Source: Candidatus Methylomirabilia bacterium (GTDB taxonomy: Bacteria; Methylomirabilota; Methylomirabilia; Rokubacteriales; CSP1-6). From it: 24,100 nt of DNA. Each line of letters begins with the position of its first letter. Within the stretch, counting starts at the first letter, position 1. Below are positions 8,815-17,582 of the stretch, piece after piece. The translations under genes were made by a program, and so were the position numbers. Location of the stretch: the NCBI GenBank assembly GCA_041496385.1, contig JBGQEL010000061.1, forward strand, positions 1 to 24,100, read 5' to 3'. The notes below the pieces were generated by a model. It was given only the letters and a program-made list of their open reading frames with translations, did no database searches and was not told the origin of the DNA.

Positions 8815-9743
8815 GCGTCCACCTGCTGGAAGAGATGTCCACGCCGGCGCTCGACGCGCTCGACCGCGCGCGCACGATGATCATCCTGACGGTGAGCCCG
8901 CTCGAGACGCACGGCCCGCACCTCCCGGTGGGCGTGGACGCGATCACCGCGCGGCACTTCGCCGAGAGCGTCGGCGCGCGCCTCACCGCGACGCGCCCGG
9001 ACTGGAGCGTCGTGCTGGCGCCCACGCTCCACCTCGGCTCGTTCGCCTTCCACTCGGTCGGCACCGTCGGCGTGCGGCAGCGGGTCGTGCGCGACGCCGT
9101 CGTGGACTACGGCGACGCGCTCGCGCGCGCCGGCTTCCGCTACATCCTGGTCGCCAACGGCCACGGCGGACCGGGCCATCTCACGGCGCTGGAGGAGGCC
9201 GCCGGGATCGTCTCGCGGCGGCACGCGATCACGATGGCGTCGTTCACCGGCCGGCTCGCCTGGGACTTCCTGCGCGGCCGGTACCTCGAGCGGATCGAGA
9301 CGGCGCTCGGCCGGGCGCTCAGCGAGGCGGAGCGGCGCGCGTTCGCCGAAGACGCCCACGGCGGCTGGTGGGAGACCTCGCTGATGCTGATGCTGCGGCC
9401 CGATCTCGTGGACGACGCCTATCGCACGCTGCCGCCCGCGCGCTACTCGTGGCTCGAGCGCGTCGTGCCGAACTACCCCCTCCGGAACGGCGGCCAGGGC
9501 TACGTGGGCCATCCGGCGCTCGCCGACCCGGCGTTCGCGAGGGCGACCTCGGAGGTCCTGCTCGCCGAGACGATGGACCTCGTCGAGGGCCTGCTGGACG
9601 GGCGCGTCAAGCCGGCCGCGCCGCGCTCGCCCTTCTTCGCGATTCCGTTCTTCCGCACCGACTTCTGGCCCCTGGCCACCGCCGCGATGGCGCTTGTGGC
9701 GCTCGGCGCGCTCGTCTTCTCCCGGCGGCGCTCGGACCCGTGA
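8811..9743 (+). CDS. Creatininase/amidohydrolase family protein with C-terminal hydrophobic helix
   Basis: TTG start overlapping the previous stop. LETHGPHLPVGVD, NGHGG and HGGWWETS motifs. Confidence 0.87.
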   Translation: MSVHLLEEMSTPALDALDRARTMIILTVSPLETHGPHLPVGVDAITARHFAESVGARLTATRPDWSVVLAPTLHLGSFAFHSVGTVGVRQRVVRDAVVDYGDALARAGFRYILVANGHGGPGHLTALEEAAGIVSRRHAITMASFTGRLAWDFLRGRYLERIETALGRALSEAERRAFAEDAHGGWWETSLMLMLRPDLVDDAYRTLPPARYSWLERVVPNYPLRNGGQGYVGHPALADPAFARATSEVLLAETMDLVEGLLDGRVKPAAPRSPFFAIPFFRTDFWPLATAAMALVALGALVFSRRRSDP

Positions 9744-10480
9744 TCGAGTTGGAGGCCGACGCGGGCGTCGCCTGGCTCCGGCTCAACCGGCCGGCGGCGC
9801 TCAACGCGCTCGACCGCGCGCTCACCGCCGCGCTCGAGGAGGCGCTGGAGCGCGTCGCGGCGCTCGACGCCGTCAATGTCCTCGTGGTCGCCGGCCGCGG
9901 GCGCGCGTTCTGCGCCGGCAACGACATCGCGGAGATGGCGACCCTGTCGGGCGAGGAGGCCGAGGCGCTCGCGAGCCGTCAGGCCCGGCTCATGGACCGC
10001 TTCGCGCGCCTGCCGCAGGTCACGATCGCCGCGATCGACGGACACGCGCTCGGCGGCGGCCTCATGCTCGCGGCGGCCCAGGACCTGCGCGTCGCCTCGG
10101 ACCGCGCGCGCTTCGGCCTTCCCGAGGTCACGCTCGGCTTCAACCCGGGCTACGGCATCGCGCGGCTGCTCGACGTCGTGCCGGGCGGCTGGGCGCGTGA
10201 GCTCCTGCTGACGGGCCGCACCGTCCACGCGAGCGAGGCGCTCCGGATCGGCCTCGTCAATCGCGTCGTGGCGCCGCCGACGCTCGAGGCGGCGGTGGCC
10301 GCGCTCGCGGCGGACGTCGCGCGCGCGCCCCGCGCCGGACTCGCGGCGACCAAGGCGATCGTGGCGGCGATCCGCGCGGGCGAGCGGGGGCGGGAGCCGG
10401 AAGCGTACGGTGCGGCGCTCCGGACGAGCCCCGAGGCGCGCGCGCGAATCCGCGCGTTCGTCGAGCGGAAGCGGGGCTAG
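9740..10480 (+). CDS. Enoyl-CoA hydratase/isomerase family protein
   Basis: GTGA overlap. LNRPAALNAL, AFCAGND, AAIDGHALGGG and FGLPEVTLG motifs. Confidence 0.92.
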   Translation: MIELEADAGVAWLRLNRPAALNALDRALTAALEEALERVAALDAVNVLVVAGRGRAFCAGNDIAEMATLSGEEAEALASRQARLMDRFARLPQVTIAAIDGHALGGGLMLAAAQDLRVASDRARFGLPEVTLGFNPGYGIARLLDVVPGGWARELLLTGRTVHASEALRIGLVNRVVAPPTLEAAVAALAADVARAPRAGLAATKAIVAAIRAGERGREPEAYGAALRTSPEARARIRAFVERKRG

Positions 10481-12744
10481 GCGGTGCGGTGGTGCATGTC
10501 CTGGTCGGCCTCGCGGAGCATCTCGTCGGCCGATTCAGGCGGCGACTGGCTGTAGGCGACGCCCGCGCTCAGGCGGATCGTCGTCGGGATCCCGCGCTTG
10601 CCGGCGAGCGCGGCGATCTTCTCGCGGGCGCGGGCGACGACACTGTCCGCGTCGTTCTCGCCGGCGTCCGGGAAGAACACGACGAACTCGTCGCCGCCGT
10701 GGCGTGCCACGAGGTCCGTCGTGCGCGTGGCCTCGAGGAGCGCGTCGGCCACGCAGCGGAGCACGTCGTCGCCCACCCCGTAGCCGTGCTGGTCGTTGAC
10801 CTCCCGGAGCTTCACCACGTCCACCATGACGAGCAGGGCGCCGGTGCCCCGGCGGCGGGCGACGGCGGCGAGGCGCCGATACTGGTCGTGGAACGCGCGC
10901 CGGCTCGCGAGGCCGGTGACCGGGTCGGGGGCGTAGCGGGAGAGCCGCCGATCGGTCTCGTAGAGGCGTCCGGCGAGCATCCGGAGCAGCGACACCGCGA
11001 ACTCGGCGGAGCTCTGGAGCACGTGCAGGAAGTCGTTCTGATGGAGCACCAGGCAATGCGTCCGCTCGATCGCCACGACCGAGGCCGAGCGCGTCTGATT
11101 GCGGAGGACGCCGAGCTCGCCCAGGATCTCCCCCTCGCCGAGCTCGCCCAGGATCAATTCCACCGGATTGTCGGGCGCCACCTCGACGACGCGCACGCGC
11201 CCCGTCAGGATGACGAACAGGCGGTCGGGCGCATCGTTCTCCTGGATGATCACGTGCCCGGCCGCGAAGACCTGCTCGGTGGCCTGCTTGATCAGCTGCT
11301 GGCAGAGCTCGGGGGAGAGCGGCCGGAAGAGCGGCACCGTCGCCAGCAGGCTCGCGAGGCGCGCGCGGACGTCGCCTTGGCCGGCGCGCTCCGACGCCCG
11401 CGGCGACTCGAGGATCAGCCGGGCGCTGGACGCGACGTCGAAGGCCATCAGCGTGCGCGCGAGCCAGGCACGCACGCGGGCGCGCAGCATCGGCGGGCTG
11501 AAGGGCTTGGCGAGGTAGTCCGTGGAGGACGCCTCGCCCGCGTAAACCGCGTCGGGCGCGATCGAGCCGTCGGCGAGGACGACGATGGGGAAGTTCCGCC
11601 GGCCGAGCCGCTCGCGCAGCGTCTCGAGCGCCGCGTCGCCGTCGGCGCCCATGAGCTCGCGATCGACGATCGCGAGGTCCGGCAGGAGCTCGGACCCGCG
11701 CGCGAGCGCGCTCCGCATGTCGGGCAGGCGCAGCAATGCGAGGCCGTCCTCGGTGAGGACCTCCTCGATCGCGGTGATCTCGGGCTCGTTGGCGCTCACG
11801 ACCAGGACGCGCCCGCCCGCGATCTGGCGATGGTGGAGCGCCGAGGCCTCGGCGACGTAGGGCGCGGCGCCGCTGCCCCGGATCTCGAGCTCGACGCCCT
11901 CGCGCGCCGCGAAGACGTCGAGCCGCCCGCCACGCGCCGCGGCGCGGGCCCGGGCCGTCGTCTCCATGCGCTCGATCGTCGGATCGTCGTGCGTCGGGTC
12001 GTGATGGAAGAGCGCGAGGCGCCCGACCTCGGCCGCGAGCGCGACGTCCACCGCGTACTCGACCGAGCTGTGGCCCCAGCCGACCTTACTGCGGTACTCC
12101 TCCTCGGTGTACTGCGCGTCGTGGATGACCAGGTCGGCGCCGCGCAGGAACGCGATGTGGCGCTCGTCGCCCGGGTGCTGCGAGACGCGCCCCGGCGCGC
12201 TCCAGAAGGGCTCGTGGTCGGTCACGTACGCGACGGTCGCGCCCGCGCTCGACATGCGGTACGCGATCGTCGGCGCGGTGTGATTCAGATACTGCGTCTC
12301 GACCAGCACGTCGCCCACGCGGAAGAAGCCCTCGTCCAGCTCCGTGTAGTGGATGCGGCTCCGGAGCTCGCGCAGCTTCACGGGGAAGTACGCGTACTCC
12401 ATCTGCCCGGCCATCGCCTCCTCGAGACTCCGCTGGAAGCCGATCGGCGCGTAGATGTTCAGCTCGGCGCCGGGAAGGAACGCGGGGACGAAGAAGGGAA
12501 AGCCCTGGATGTGGTCCCAGTGGGTGTGGCCGATGAACAGGTGGAGCCGGAGGGGCTGCGGCAGGGTCCGTGCCAGGTGCAGGCCGAGCTCACGGGCGCC
12601 CGTGCCGCAGTCGAGGACGATCACCGAGCCGTCCCCGCCCCGGACCTCGATGCACGAGGTGTTGCCGCCGTACACGGCCGTCCTCGGACCGGGCGCGGCG
12701 ATCGACCCTCGAGTGCCCCAAAAGCGTACGTGCATGGCGGACAT
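10477..12744 (-). CDS. Multidomain signalling protein: MBL-fold hydrolase + receiver + cNMP-binding + GGDEF
   Basis: MBL: FWGTRGS, GGNTSC, HTHWDHIQG, TDHE, HDAQY, WGHS, FHHDP. REC: PDLAIVD...DYLAKPF. cNMP-binding: LFVILTGRVRV, GELG...RSASV. GGDEF: RTTD...GGDEF. Start uncertain (12777, 12744 or 12735). Confidence 0.9.
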   Translation of the reverse strand: MSAMHVRFWGTRGSIAAPGPRTAVYGGNTSCIEVRGGDGSVIVLDCGTGARELGLHLARTLPQPLRLHLFIGHTHWDHIQGFPFFVPAFLPGAELNIYAPIGFQRSLEEAMAGQMEYAYFPVKLRELRSRIHYTELDEGFFRVGDVLVETQYLNHTAPTIAYRMSSAGATVAYVTDHEPFWSAPGRVSQHPGDERHIAFLRGADLVIHDAQYTEEEYRSKVGWGHSSVEYAVDVALAAEVGRLALFHHDPTHDDPTIERMETTARARAAARGGRLDVFAAREGVELEIRGSGAAPYVAEASALHHRQIAGGRVLVVSANEPEITAIEEVLTEDGLALLRLPDMRSALARGSELLPDLAIVDRELMGADGDAALETLRERLGRRNFPIVVLADGSIAPDAVYAGEASSTDYLAKPFSPPMLRARVRAWLARTLMAFDVASSARLILESPRASERAGQGDVRARLASLLATVPLFRPLSPELCQQLIKQATEQVFAAGHVIIQENDAPDRLFVILTGRVRVVEVAPDNPVELILGELGEGEILGELGVLRNQTRSASVVAIERTHCLVLHQNDFLHVLQSSAEFAVSLLRMLAGRLYETDRRLSRYAPDPVTGLASRRAFHDQYRRLAAVARRRGTGALLVMVDVVKLREVNDQHGYGVGDDVLRCVADALLEATRTTDLVARHGGDEFVVFFPDAGENDADSVVARAREKIAALAGKRGIPTTIRLSAGVAYSQSPPESADEMLREADQDMHHRTA

Positions 12745-12844
12745 TCTTATCATATCCCCGCGGGCGGGGACAGGCACTCTGATCGAGGCAATTCCGGAAG
12801 GCCCGCCGCATACTTACCCCTAGCCGGGGCCTGCCGGACCGCAT

Positions 12845-12879
12845 TAGAATTGCGCGCATCGGACAGCCCAACGGGAGGT
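12845..12879 (+). promoter_or_regulatory. Putative -10 element (TAGAAT) and Shine-Dalgarno (GGGAGG) for the ABC operon
   Basis: TAGAAT at 12845-12850 and GGGAGG a few nt before ATG 12885. Confidence 0.5.
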
Positions 12880-12884
12880 CAACG

Positions 12885-14147
12885 ATGATCACCACACGAC
12901 GGAACTTCGTGAAGCTCCTCGGCACCGCCGCCGTCGCCGCCGCCGGTCCCGACATCCGCCCCGCGCTGGCGCAGGGCGCGCCCGTGAAGATCGGCGTCCT
13001 CACCATCCGCGCCGGTATCGCCGCGCCCGTCGGCGCCGCAGGGCTCCGCGGGACCGAGTGGTGGGCCGAGCGCGCCAACAAGGCGGGCGGCATCCTCGGA
13101 CGCCCCGTCCAGCTGGTGGTCGAGGAGGAGACGAATCCGAAGGACACGGTCGAGCGCTACCGCAAGCTCGTGCTCCAGGACAAGGTCGAGGCGGTGCTCG
13201 GCGGCATCTCGACGGGTGTGTCGCTCGCGGTCGGGCCGGTCGCCGAGGACCTCGGCACGCCGTGGCTCTCGTGGGACGCGACGACCCAGAAGGGCGTGGA
13301 GGAGACCATGCCCAGCCCCAAGTGGGTCTTCAAGAGCGTCGACAACGAGGTGGAGGCGATCGTCGCGGGCATGCTGACCGCGAAGTACTTCAAGGGCGTC
13401 AAGACCGTCGCCGGCATCGGCAACGACTACTCCTACGGCCACGACTGCTGGCAATCCTACCAGGCCGTCCTGAAGCGCTACGTGCCCGACGTGAAGTTCG
13501 TCCTCGAGCTCTTCCCGAAGCTCGGCGAGACCGACTTCACCTCGCACATCGCGCGCATCCAGCAGTCGAAGGCGGACCTGCTCATGTGCTCCTTCTGGTC
13601 CGGGGACGCGACGATCATCATGAAGCAGGCCGCCGCGGTGGGCCTCTTCAAGACGATGAAGGGCGTTTTCACCACCGCCGGGGGCGTCCACGACTCGCTC
13701 AAGAAGGAGTTCACGCCCGAGGGGCTGCTCCTCGGCTACAACACCATGTACTTCGACGATCCAAGGGGCTCCGCGCTCCTCAAGCAGTTCGTGCGCGAGT
13801 ACAAGACAAAGTACAACGAGTACCCGCCCTACGAGTGCGACCACGCCTACTTCTGCGCGGAGTCCTACAAGGCGGCGATCGAGAAGGCCGCGGGGCCCGC
13901 GAAGAAGTGGCCCGAGAAGGCGCAGGTCGTCCGGGCGCTGGAGGGCATCGAGGTCGAATCGCTCTCCGGCAGGCGGTCCTGGCGCGAGGACCACGTCCAG
14001 ATGTGCAGCTTCTACCAGGGGATCACGACCCACAAGAACGCCTACGACTTCGTCACCATCGACCCGATCGAGGTCGTGTCCACCAAGCAGGCGATGAAGC
14101 CCGCGGGCGCCAGGCTCTTCGACTGGATCAACAGCTGGAAGATCTGA
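12885..14147 (+). CDS. Liv-type ABC transporter substrate-binding protein with Tat signal
   Basis: Twin-arginine TRRNFVK, ALA cleavage site, VKIG, N..GGILGRPVQLVV and TDFTSHI motifs. Confidence 0.92.
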   Translation: MITTRRNFVKLLGTAAVAAAGPDIRPALAQGAPVKIGVLTIRAGIAAPVGAAGLRGTEWWAERANKAGGILGRPVQLVVEEETNPKDTVERYRKLVLQDKVEAVLGGISTGVSLAVGPVAEDLGTPWLSWDATTQKGVEETMPSPKWVFKSVDNEVEAIVAGMLTAKYFKGVKTVAGIGNDYSYGHDCWQSYQAVLKRYVPDVKFVLELFPKLGETDFTSHIARIQQSKADLLMCSFWSGDATIIMKQAAAVGLFKTMKGVFTTAGGVHDSLKKEFTPEGLLLGYNTMYFDDPRGSALLKQFVREYKTKYNEYPPYECDHAYFCAESYKAAIEKAAGPAKKWPEKAQVVRALEGIEVESLSGRRSWREDHVQMCSFYQGITTHKNAYDFVTIDPIEVVSTKQAMKPAGARLFDWINSWKI

Positions 14148-15031
14148 CCGCGCACGCCGTCAACCTCCTGCTGAGCGGGGTCTTCCACGCCAGCATCCTG
14201 TTCCTGGTCGCGGCGGGGTTGCAGGTCGTCTTCGGCGTCCAGAAGATCTTCAACCTCGCGTGCGGCTCGTTCTACGCGCTCGGCGCCTACGTCGGCGTCT
14301 CGGCGGTCGGCTGGTACGCGGGCGCGGGCGGCCCGCCCGCCCTCTTCGTCGTGCCGCTCGCGCTCGCGGGCCTCTCGGTCGGGGCGGTCGGCTGGGCCGT
14401 CGAGCGCGGCCTGCTCCGCTTCGTCTACGACCGCGACGAGACGTTCCAGCTCCTGCTGACCTTCGCGGTCGTCCTCATGATGGAGGACGCGATCCGGCTC
14501 ACGTGGGGCCCCTCGCCCCGCTCGACGTCGGGGCTCTACCTGGTCTACGGCCAGGTGCGTCTGCTGGGCGCGACCGTGCCCGTCTACAACCTGATCGTCA
14601 TCGCGGCGGGCCTCGCGATCGCGCTCGCCATCGGCTGGCTCCTCACGCGCACGGCCTTCGGCCGCATCCTGCGCGCGGCGGCCGACAACCGCGAGATGGC
14701 CGAGGCGCTCGGCGTGGACATGGGGCGGCTCTACGCGCGCGTCTTCACCCTCGGCACCGCGCTCGGCACGCTCGGCGGGGCGCTCGTCATTCCCGCGACC
14801 GCCGCGATGAGCGAGATGGGGATCGAGCTCATCGTCGAGGCCTTCGCCGTCGTCGTCATCGGGGGCCTCGGCTCGATGCAGGGCGCGCTCGTCGGCGCGC
14901 TGATCGTCGGCGTGCTTCGCGCGATCGCCATCTCGATCTATCCGGAGCTCGAAATGCTGCTGATCTATCTCATCGTGATCGCGGTGCTCGTGCTCCGGCC
15001 GCGCGGTCTCTTCGGGCGGGTCGAGGTGTGA
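14144..15031 (+). CDS. Branched-chain amino acid ABC permease (LivH-like)
   Basis: LFLVAAGLQVVFGVQKIFNLA, RTAFGRILRA...A..LGVD, AFAVVVIGGLGS and RPRGLFG motifs. The likely start is CTG (14144 or 14135). Confidence 0.88.
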   Translation: MTAHAVNLLLSGVFHASILFLVAAGLQVVFGVQKIFNLACGSFYALGAYVGVSAVGWYAGAGGPPALFVVPLALAGLSVGAVGWAVERGLLRFVYDRDETFQLLLTFAVVLMMEDAIRLTWGPSPRSTSGLYLVYGQVRLLGATVPVYNLIVIAAGLAIALAIGWLLTRTAFGRILRAAADNREMAEALGVDMGRLYARVFTLGTALGTLGGALVIPATAAMSEMGIELIVEAFAVVVIGGLGSMQGALVGALIVGVLRAIAISIYPELEMLLIYLIVIAVLVLRPRGLFGRVEV

Positions 15032-15984
15032 GGGACCGTGTGGTCGTGGCCCTCGCGCTCGCCGGGGTGGCGGCGGCGCCGCTCGCGGTGCCGACCTACT
15101 ACGCGCTGCTGATGCTCCCGTTCATGGCCTACGGGGTCATCCTGCTCGGCCTCAACCTCCTCTTCGGCTACGCCGGCCTCGTCTCGTTCGGGCACGCCCT
15201 CTTCATCGGCGTCGGCGCCTACACGGGCGCGTACCTGACGAGCGCCGTCAAGCTCCGCTCGATGGAGGCGATCCTCGCGGCGGCGGCGATCCTGGGCGCG
15301 CTCGTCGCCGCGCCGGTGGCCGCGCTCTGCGTCCGCTACGTCAAGATCTACTTCGGTATGCTCACCCTCGCCTTCGGCATGGTCTTCTACACCTTCGTGC
15401 TGAAGTTCTACCGGCTGACGGGCGGCGACGAGGGCATGCCCTTCCTGCGCCCGACGCTCCTGGGCCTCCGCCTCGACGCGATGTCGAAGACCGAGTTCCT
15501 CGTCGGCCCGTACTACTACTACACCCTCGCGATCCTCGTGCTGGCCGCGCTCGCGATGTGGCGCATCGTGCACTCGCCGTTCGGCCTGGCGCTCCGGACG
15601 ATCCGCGACAACCCCACCAAGGCGGAGACGCTCGGCATCGGCGTCACCCGCCATCGCTGGCTGGCGTTCGTCATCTCGGCGGTGTACGCGGCGGTCGGCG
15701 GGGCGCTGCTCGGACCGCCGACGGGCAACGTGGACCCGACGCTCGCCCACTGGACCCATTCGGGCAACATCGTCTTCATGGCGCTGCTCGGCGGCTTCTC
15801 GAGCTTCTTCGGCCCCGTCCTGGGCGCGTTCGTCTTCATCTATCTCCAGAACTTCGTCATGTCGGTCGTCCCGTACTGGCGGCTCGTCTTCGGCGCGATG
15901 CTCGCCATCATCGTGATCCGGGCGCCCGGCGGCCTCATGGGGCTCTTCGCCCGGCGCCGTCCGGTCGAGGTGTCGCGCGCGTGA
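15028..15984 (+). CDS. Branched-chain amino acid ABC permease (LivM-like)
   Basis: GTGA overlap. GLNLLFGYAGLVSFGHA, TGGDEG, SPFGLALRTIRDN and LGG...FFGPVLGA motifs. Confidence 0.92.
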   Translation: MRDRVVVALALAGVAAAPLAVPTYYALLMLPFMAYGVILLGLNLLFGYAGLVSFGHALFIGVGAYTGAYLTSAVKLRSMEAILAAAAILGALVAAPVAALCVRYVKIYFGMLTLAFGMVFYTFVLKFYRLTGGDEGMPFLRPTLLGLRLDAMSKTEFLVGPYYYYTLAILVLAALAMWRIVHSPFGLALRTIRDNPTKAETLGIGVTRHRWLAFVISAVYAAVGGALLGPPTGNVDPTLAHWTHSGNIVFMALLGGFSSFFGPVLGAFVFIYLQNFVMSVVPYWRLVFGAMLAIIVIRAPGGLMGLFARRRPVEVSRA

Positions 15985-16739
15985 TCCTCCGGGCCGACGG
16001 CATCCGCATGTACTACGGTGAGTTCTGCGCGCTCGACGGCGTGAGCCTCGCGATCGGCGCGGGCGAGTTCGTCTCGATCATCGGGCCGAACGGCGCCGGC
16101 AAATCCACGCTCCTCAACGTGCTGACGGGCGTCCTCGCGCCGAGCGCGGGCACCGTGACCTTCAAGGGTCGCGACGTGGGCGGCATCGGGCCCGTGCGCC
16201 TGGCGCGGCTCGGCATGGCGCGGAGCTTCCAGCTCGTCCAGATCTTCCCCGACCTCACGGTGCTCGAGACGCTCCAGGCCGCCGTGGTCGGGCGCCTGGG
16301 CCGCGGCTCTCACTTCTGGGCGAGGCTCGCGGGCGACCGCGAGGTGCAGGAGCGCGCCCACGAGGTCGCCGAGCTGTTCGGGCTCGACACCAAACGTCAC
16401 GTCCCCGCCCGGCAGCTCGCGCAGGGGGACAAGAAGCTGCTGGACGTGGCCTCGGCGTTCGCGCTGCGACCGGAGATCATCCTGCTCGACGAGCCGACAT
16501 CCGGCGTGAGCACCGCGGACAAGACCGCGATCATGGAGATCCTCGTCTCGGCCTCGCGACGGATCGGGCTCCAGGCGATCATCCAGGTCGAGCACGACAT
16601 GGACATCGTGTTCGGGTACTCCGATCGGATCATCGCGCTGCACGAGGGCCGGGTGCTCGCGGACGCCACGCCGGCCGCGATCCAGGCCGATCAGCGCGTC
16701 GTCGACACGGTGATCGGGCGGCGCGCGAGGCACGAGTGA
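15981..16739 (+). CDS. ABC transporter ATP-binding protein (LivG-like)
   Basis: Walker A GPNGAGKST, ARSFQ, LLDEPTSG and VEHDM motifs. Confidence 0.93.
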   Translation: MILRADGIRMYYGEFCALDGVSLAIGAGEFVSIIGPNGAGKSTLLNVLTGVLAPSAGTVTFKGRDVGGIGPVRLARLGMARSFQLVQIFPDLTVLETLQAAVVGRLGRGSHFWARLAGDREVQERAHEVAELFGLDTKRHVPARQLAQGDKKLLDVASAFALRPEIILLDEPTSGVSTADKTAIMEILVSASRRIGLQAIIQVEHDMDIVFGYSDRIIALHEGRVLADATPAAIQADQRVVDTVIGRRARHE

Positions 16740-17458
16740 GTGGGGCGGTGCTCGCGGTCGAGGCCATCGACGTCTTCATCCAGGCGAGCCACATCCTCCG
16801 CCGCGTCTCGCTCGAAGTGGGTCCGCGCGAGGTCGTCTGCCTCGTGGGCCGGAACGGCGGCGGGAAGACCACGACGCTGCGGACGATCATGGGCTACCTC
16901 CGGCCCAGCGCCGGACGCGTCGCGTTCCGCGGCGAGCCGATCGACGGGCGCCCGACGCACGCGATCGCGCGGCTGGGCCTCGGCTGGGCGCCCGAGGACA
17001 GCGGCATCTTCCGCGACCTCACGGTCGCCGAGAACATCGAGATCTCGACGTGGACGCGGTCGACGGCACGGCCCGCGGCCGAGCGCATCGAGCTGGCGTA
17101 CCGCGTCTTCCCCGTGCTCCGGCGCTACGCCGCGCGGCGCGGTCCCGAGATGAGCGGTGGCGAGCGCAAGATGCTGTCGATCGCGCGGGCGCTGGCGCTC
17201 GATCCCGAGATGCTTCTGCTCGACGAGCCGTTCGAGGGGCTCTCGCCCGCGATCATCCCGGCCGTCGCCGAGGGCATCGCCGAGATCACGCGACTGGGCC
17301 ACTCGATCCTGATGGCCGAGTCCAACATCCACCACGTCCCCGAGTACGCGACCCGCCTCTACGTCATCGAGCGCGGCGAGATCATCTTCGCCGGCCCGCC
17401 CGGCGACGCCTGGCGCGATCAGACCGTTTTGAGGATAATCGGGGGCGCCTCACGATGA
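16736..17458 (+). CDS. ABC transporter ATP-binding protein (LivF-like)
   Basis: GRNGGGKTT, MSGGERKML and LLLDEPFEGLSP motifs. Confidence 0.93.
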   Translation: MSGAVLAVEAIDVFIQASHILRRVSLEVGPREVVCLVGRNGGGKTTTLRTIMGYLRPSAGRVAFRGEPIDGRPTHAIARLGLGWAPEDSGIFRDLTVAENIEISTWTRSTARPAAERIELAYRVFPVLRRYAARRGPEMSGGERKMLSIARALALDPEMLLLDEPFEGLSPAIIPAVAEGIAEITRLGHSILMAESNIHHVPEYATRLYVIERGEIIFAGPPGDAWRDQTVLRIIGGASR

Positions 17459-17511
17459 CGAACCGCAGATATCACCGGCTTGCAGCCAATCGGGGGACCC
17501 TCACGATGACG
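17437..17511 (+). repeat. 24-nt direct repeat, two copies (22/24 identical), 27-nt spacer
   Basis: AATCGGGGGCGCCTCACGATGACG (17437-17460) and AATCGGGGGACCCTCACGATGACG (17488-17511). Confidence 0.85.
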
Positions 17512-17551
17512 CATCTCTCTCAGGCCACCCACGACATGCTCCGTCCACGCG

Positions 17552-17581
17552 GCCCCCGCTACAATCGCCCCCGCTACAATC
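17552..17581 (+). repeat. Perfect 15-nt tandem duplication containing the -10-like hexamer TACAAT
   Basis: GCCCCCGCTACAATC occurs twice (17552-17566 and 17567-17581), just before ATG 17583. Confidence 0.9.
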
Positions 17582-17582
17582 A

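Noticed and set aside
17437..17511. Mini-CRISPR array (24-nt repeat, 27-nt spacer)
   Set aside because: Only two imperfect copies, the first lies in livF coding sequence, and no cas genes are nearby.
17459..17582. SAM or cobalamin riboswitch upstream of the MetE-like gene
   Set aside because: I could not recognise consensus motifs of these riboswitch classes. An Rfam scan would be needed to exclude one fully.
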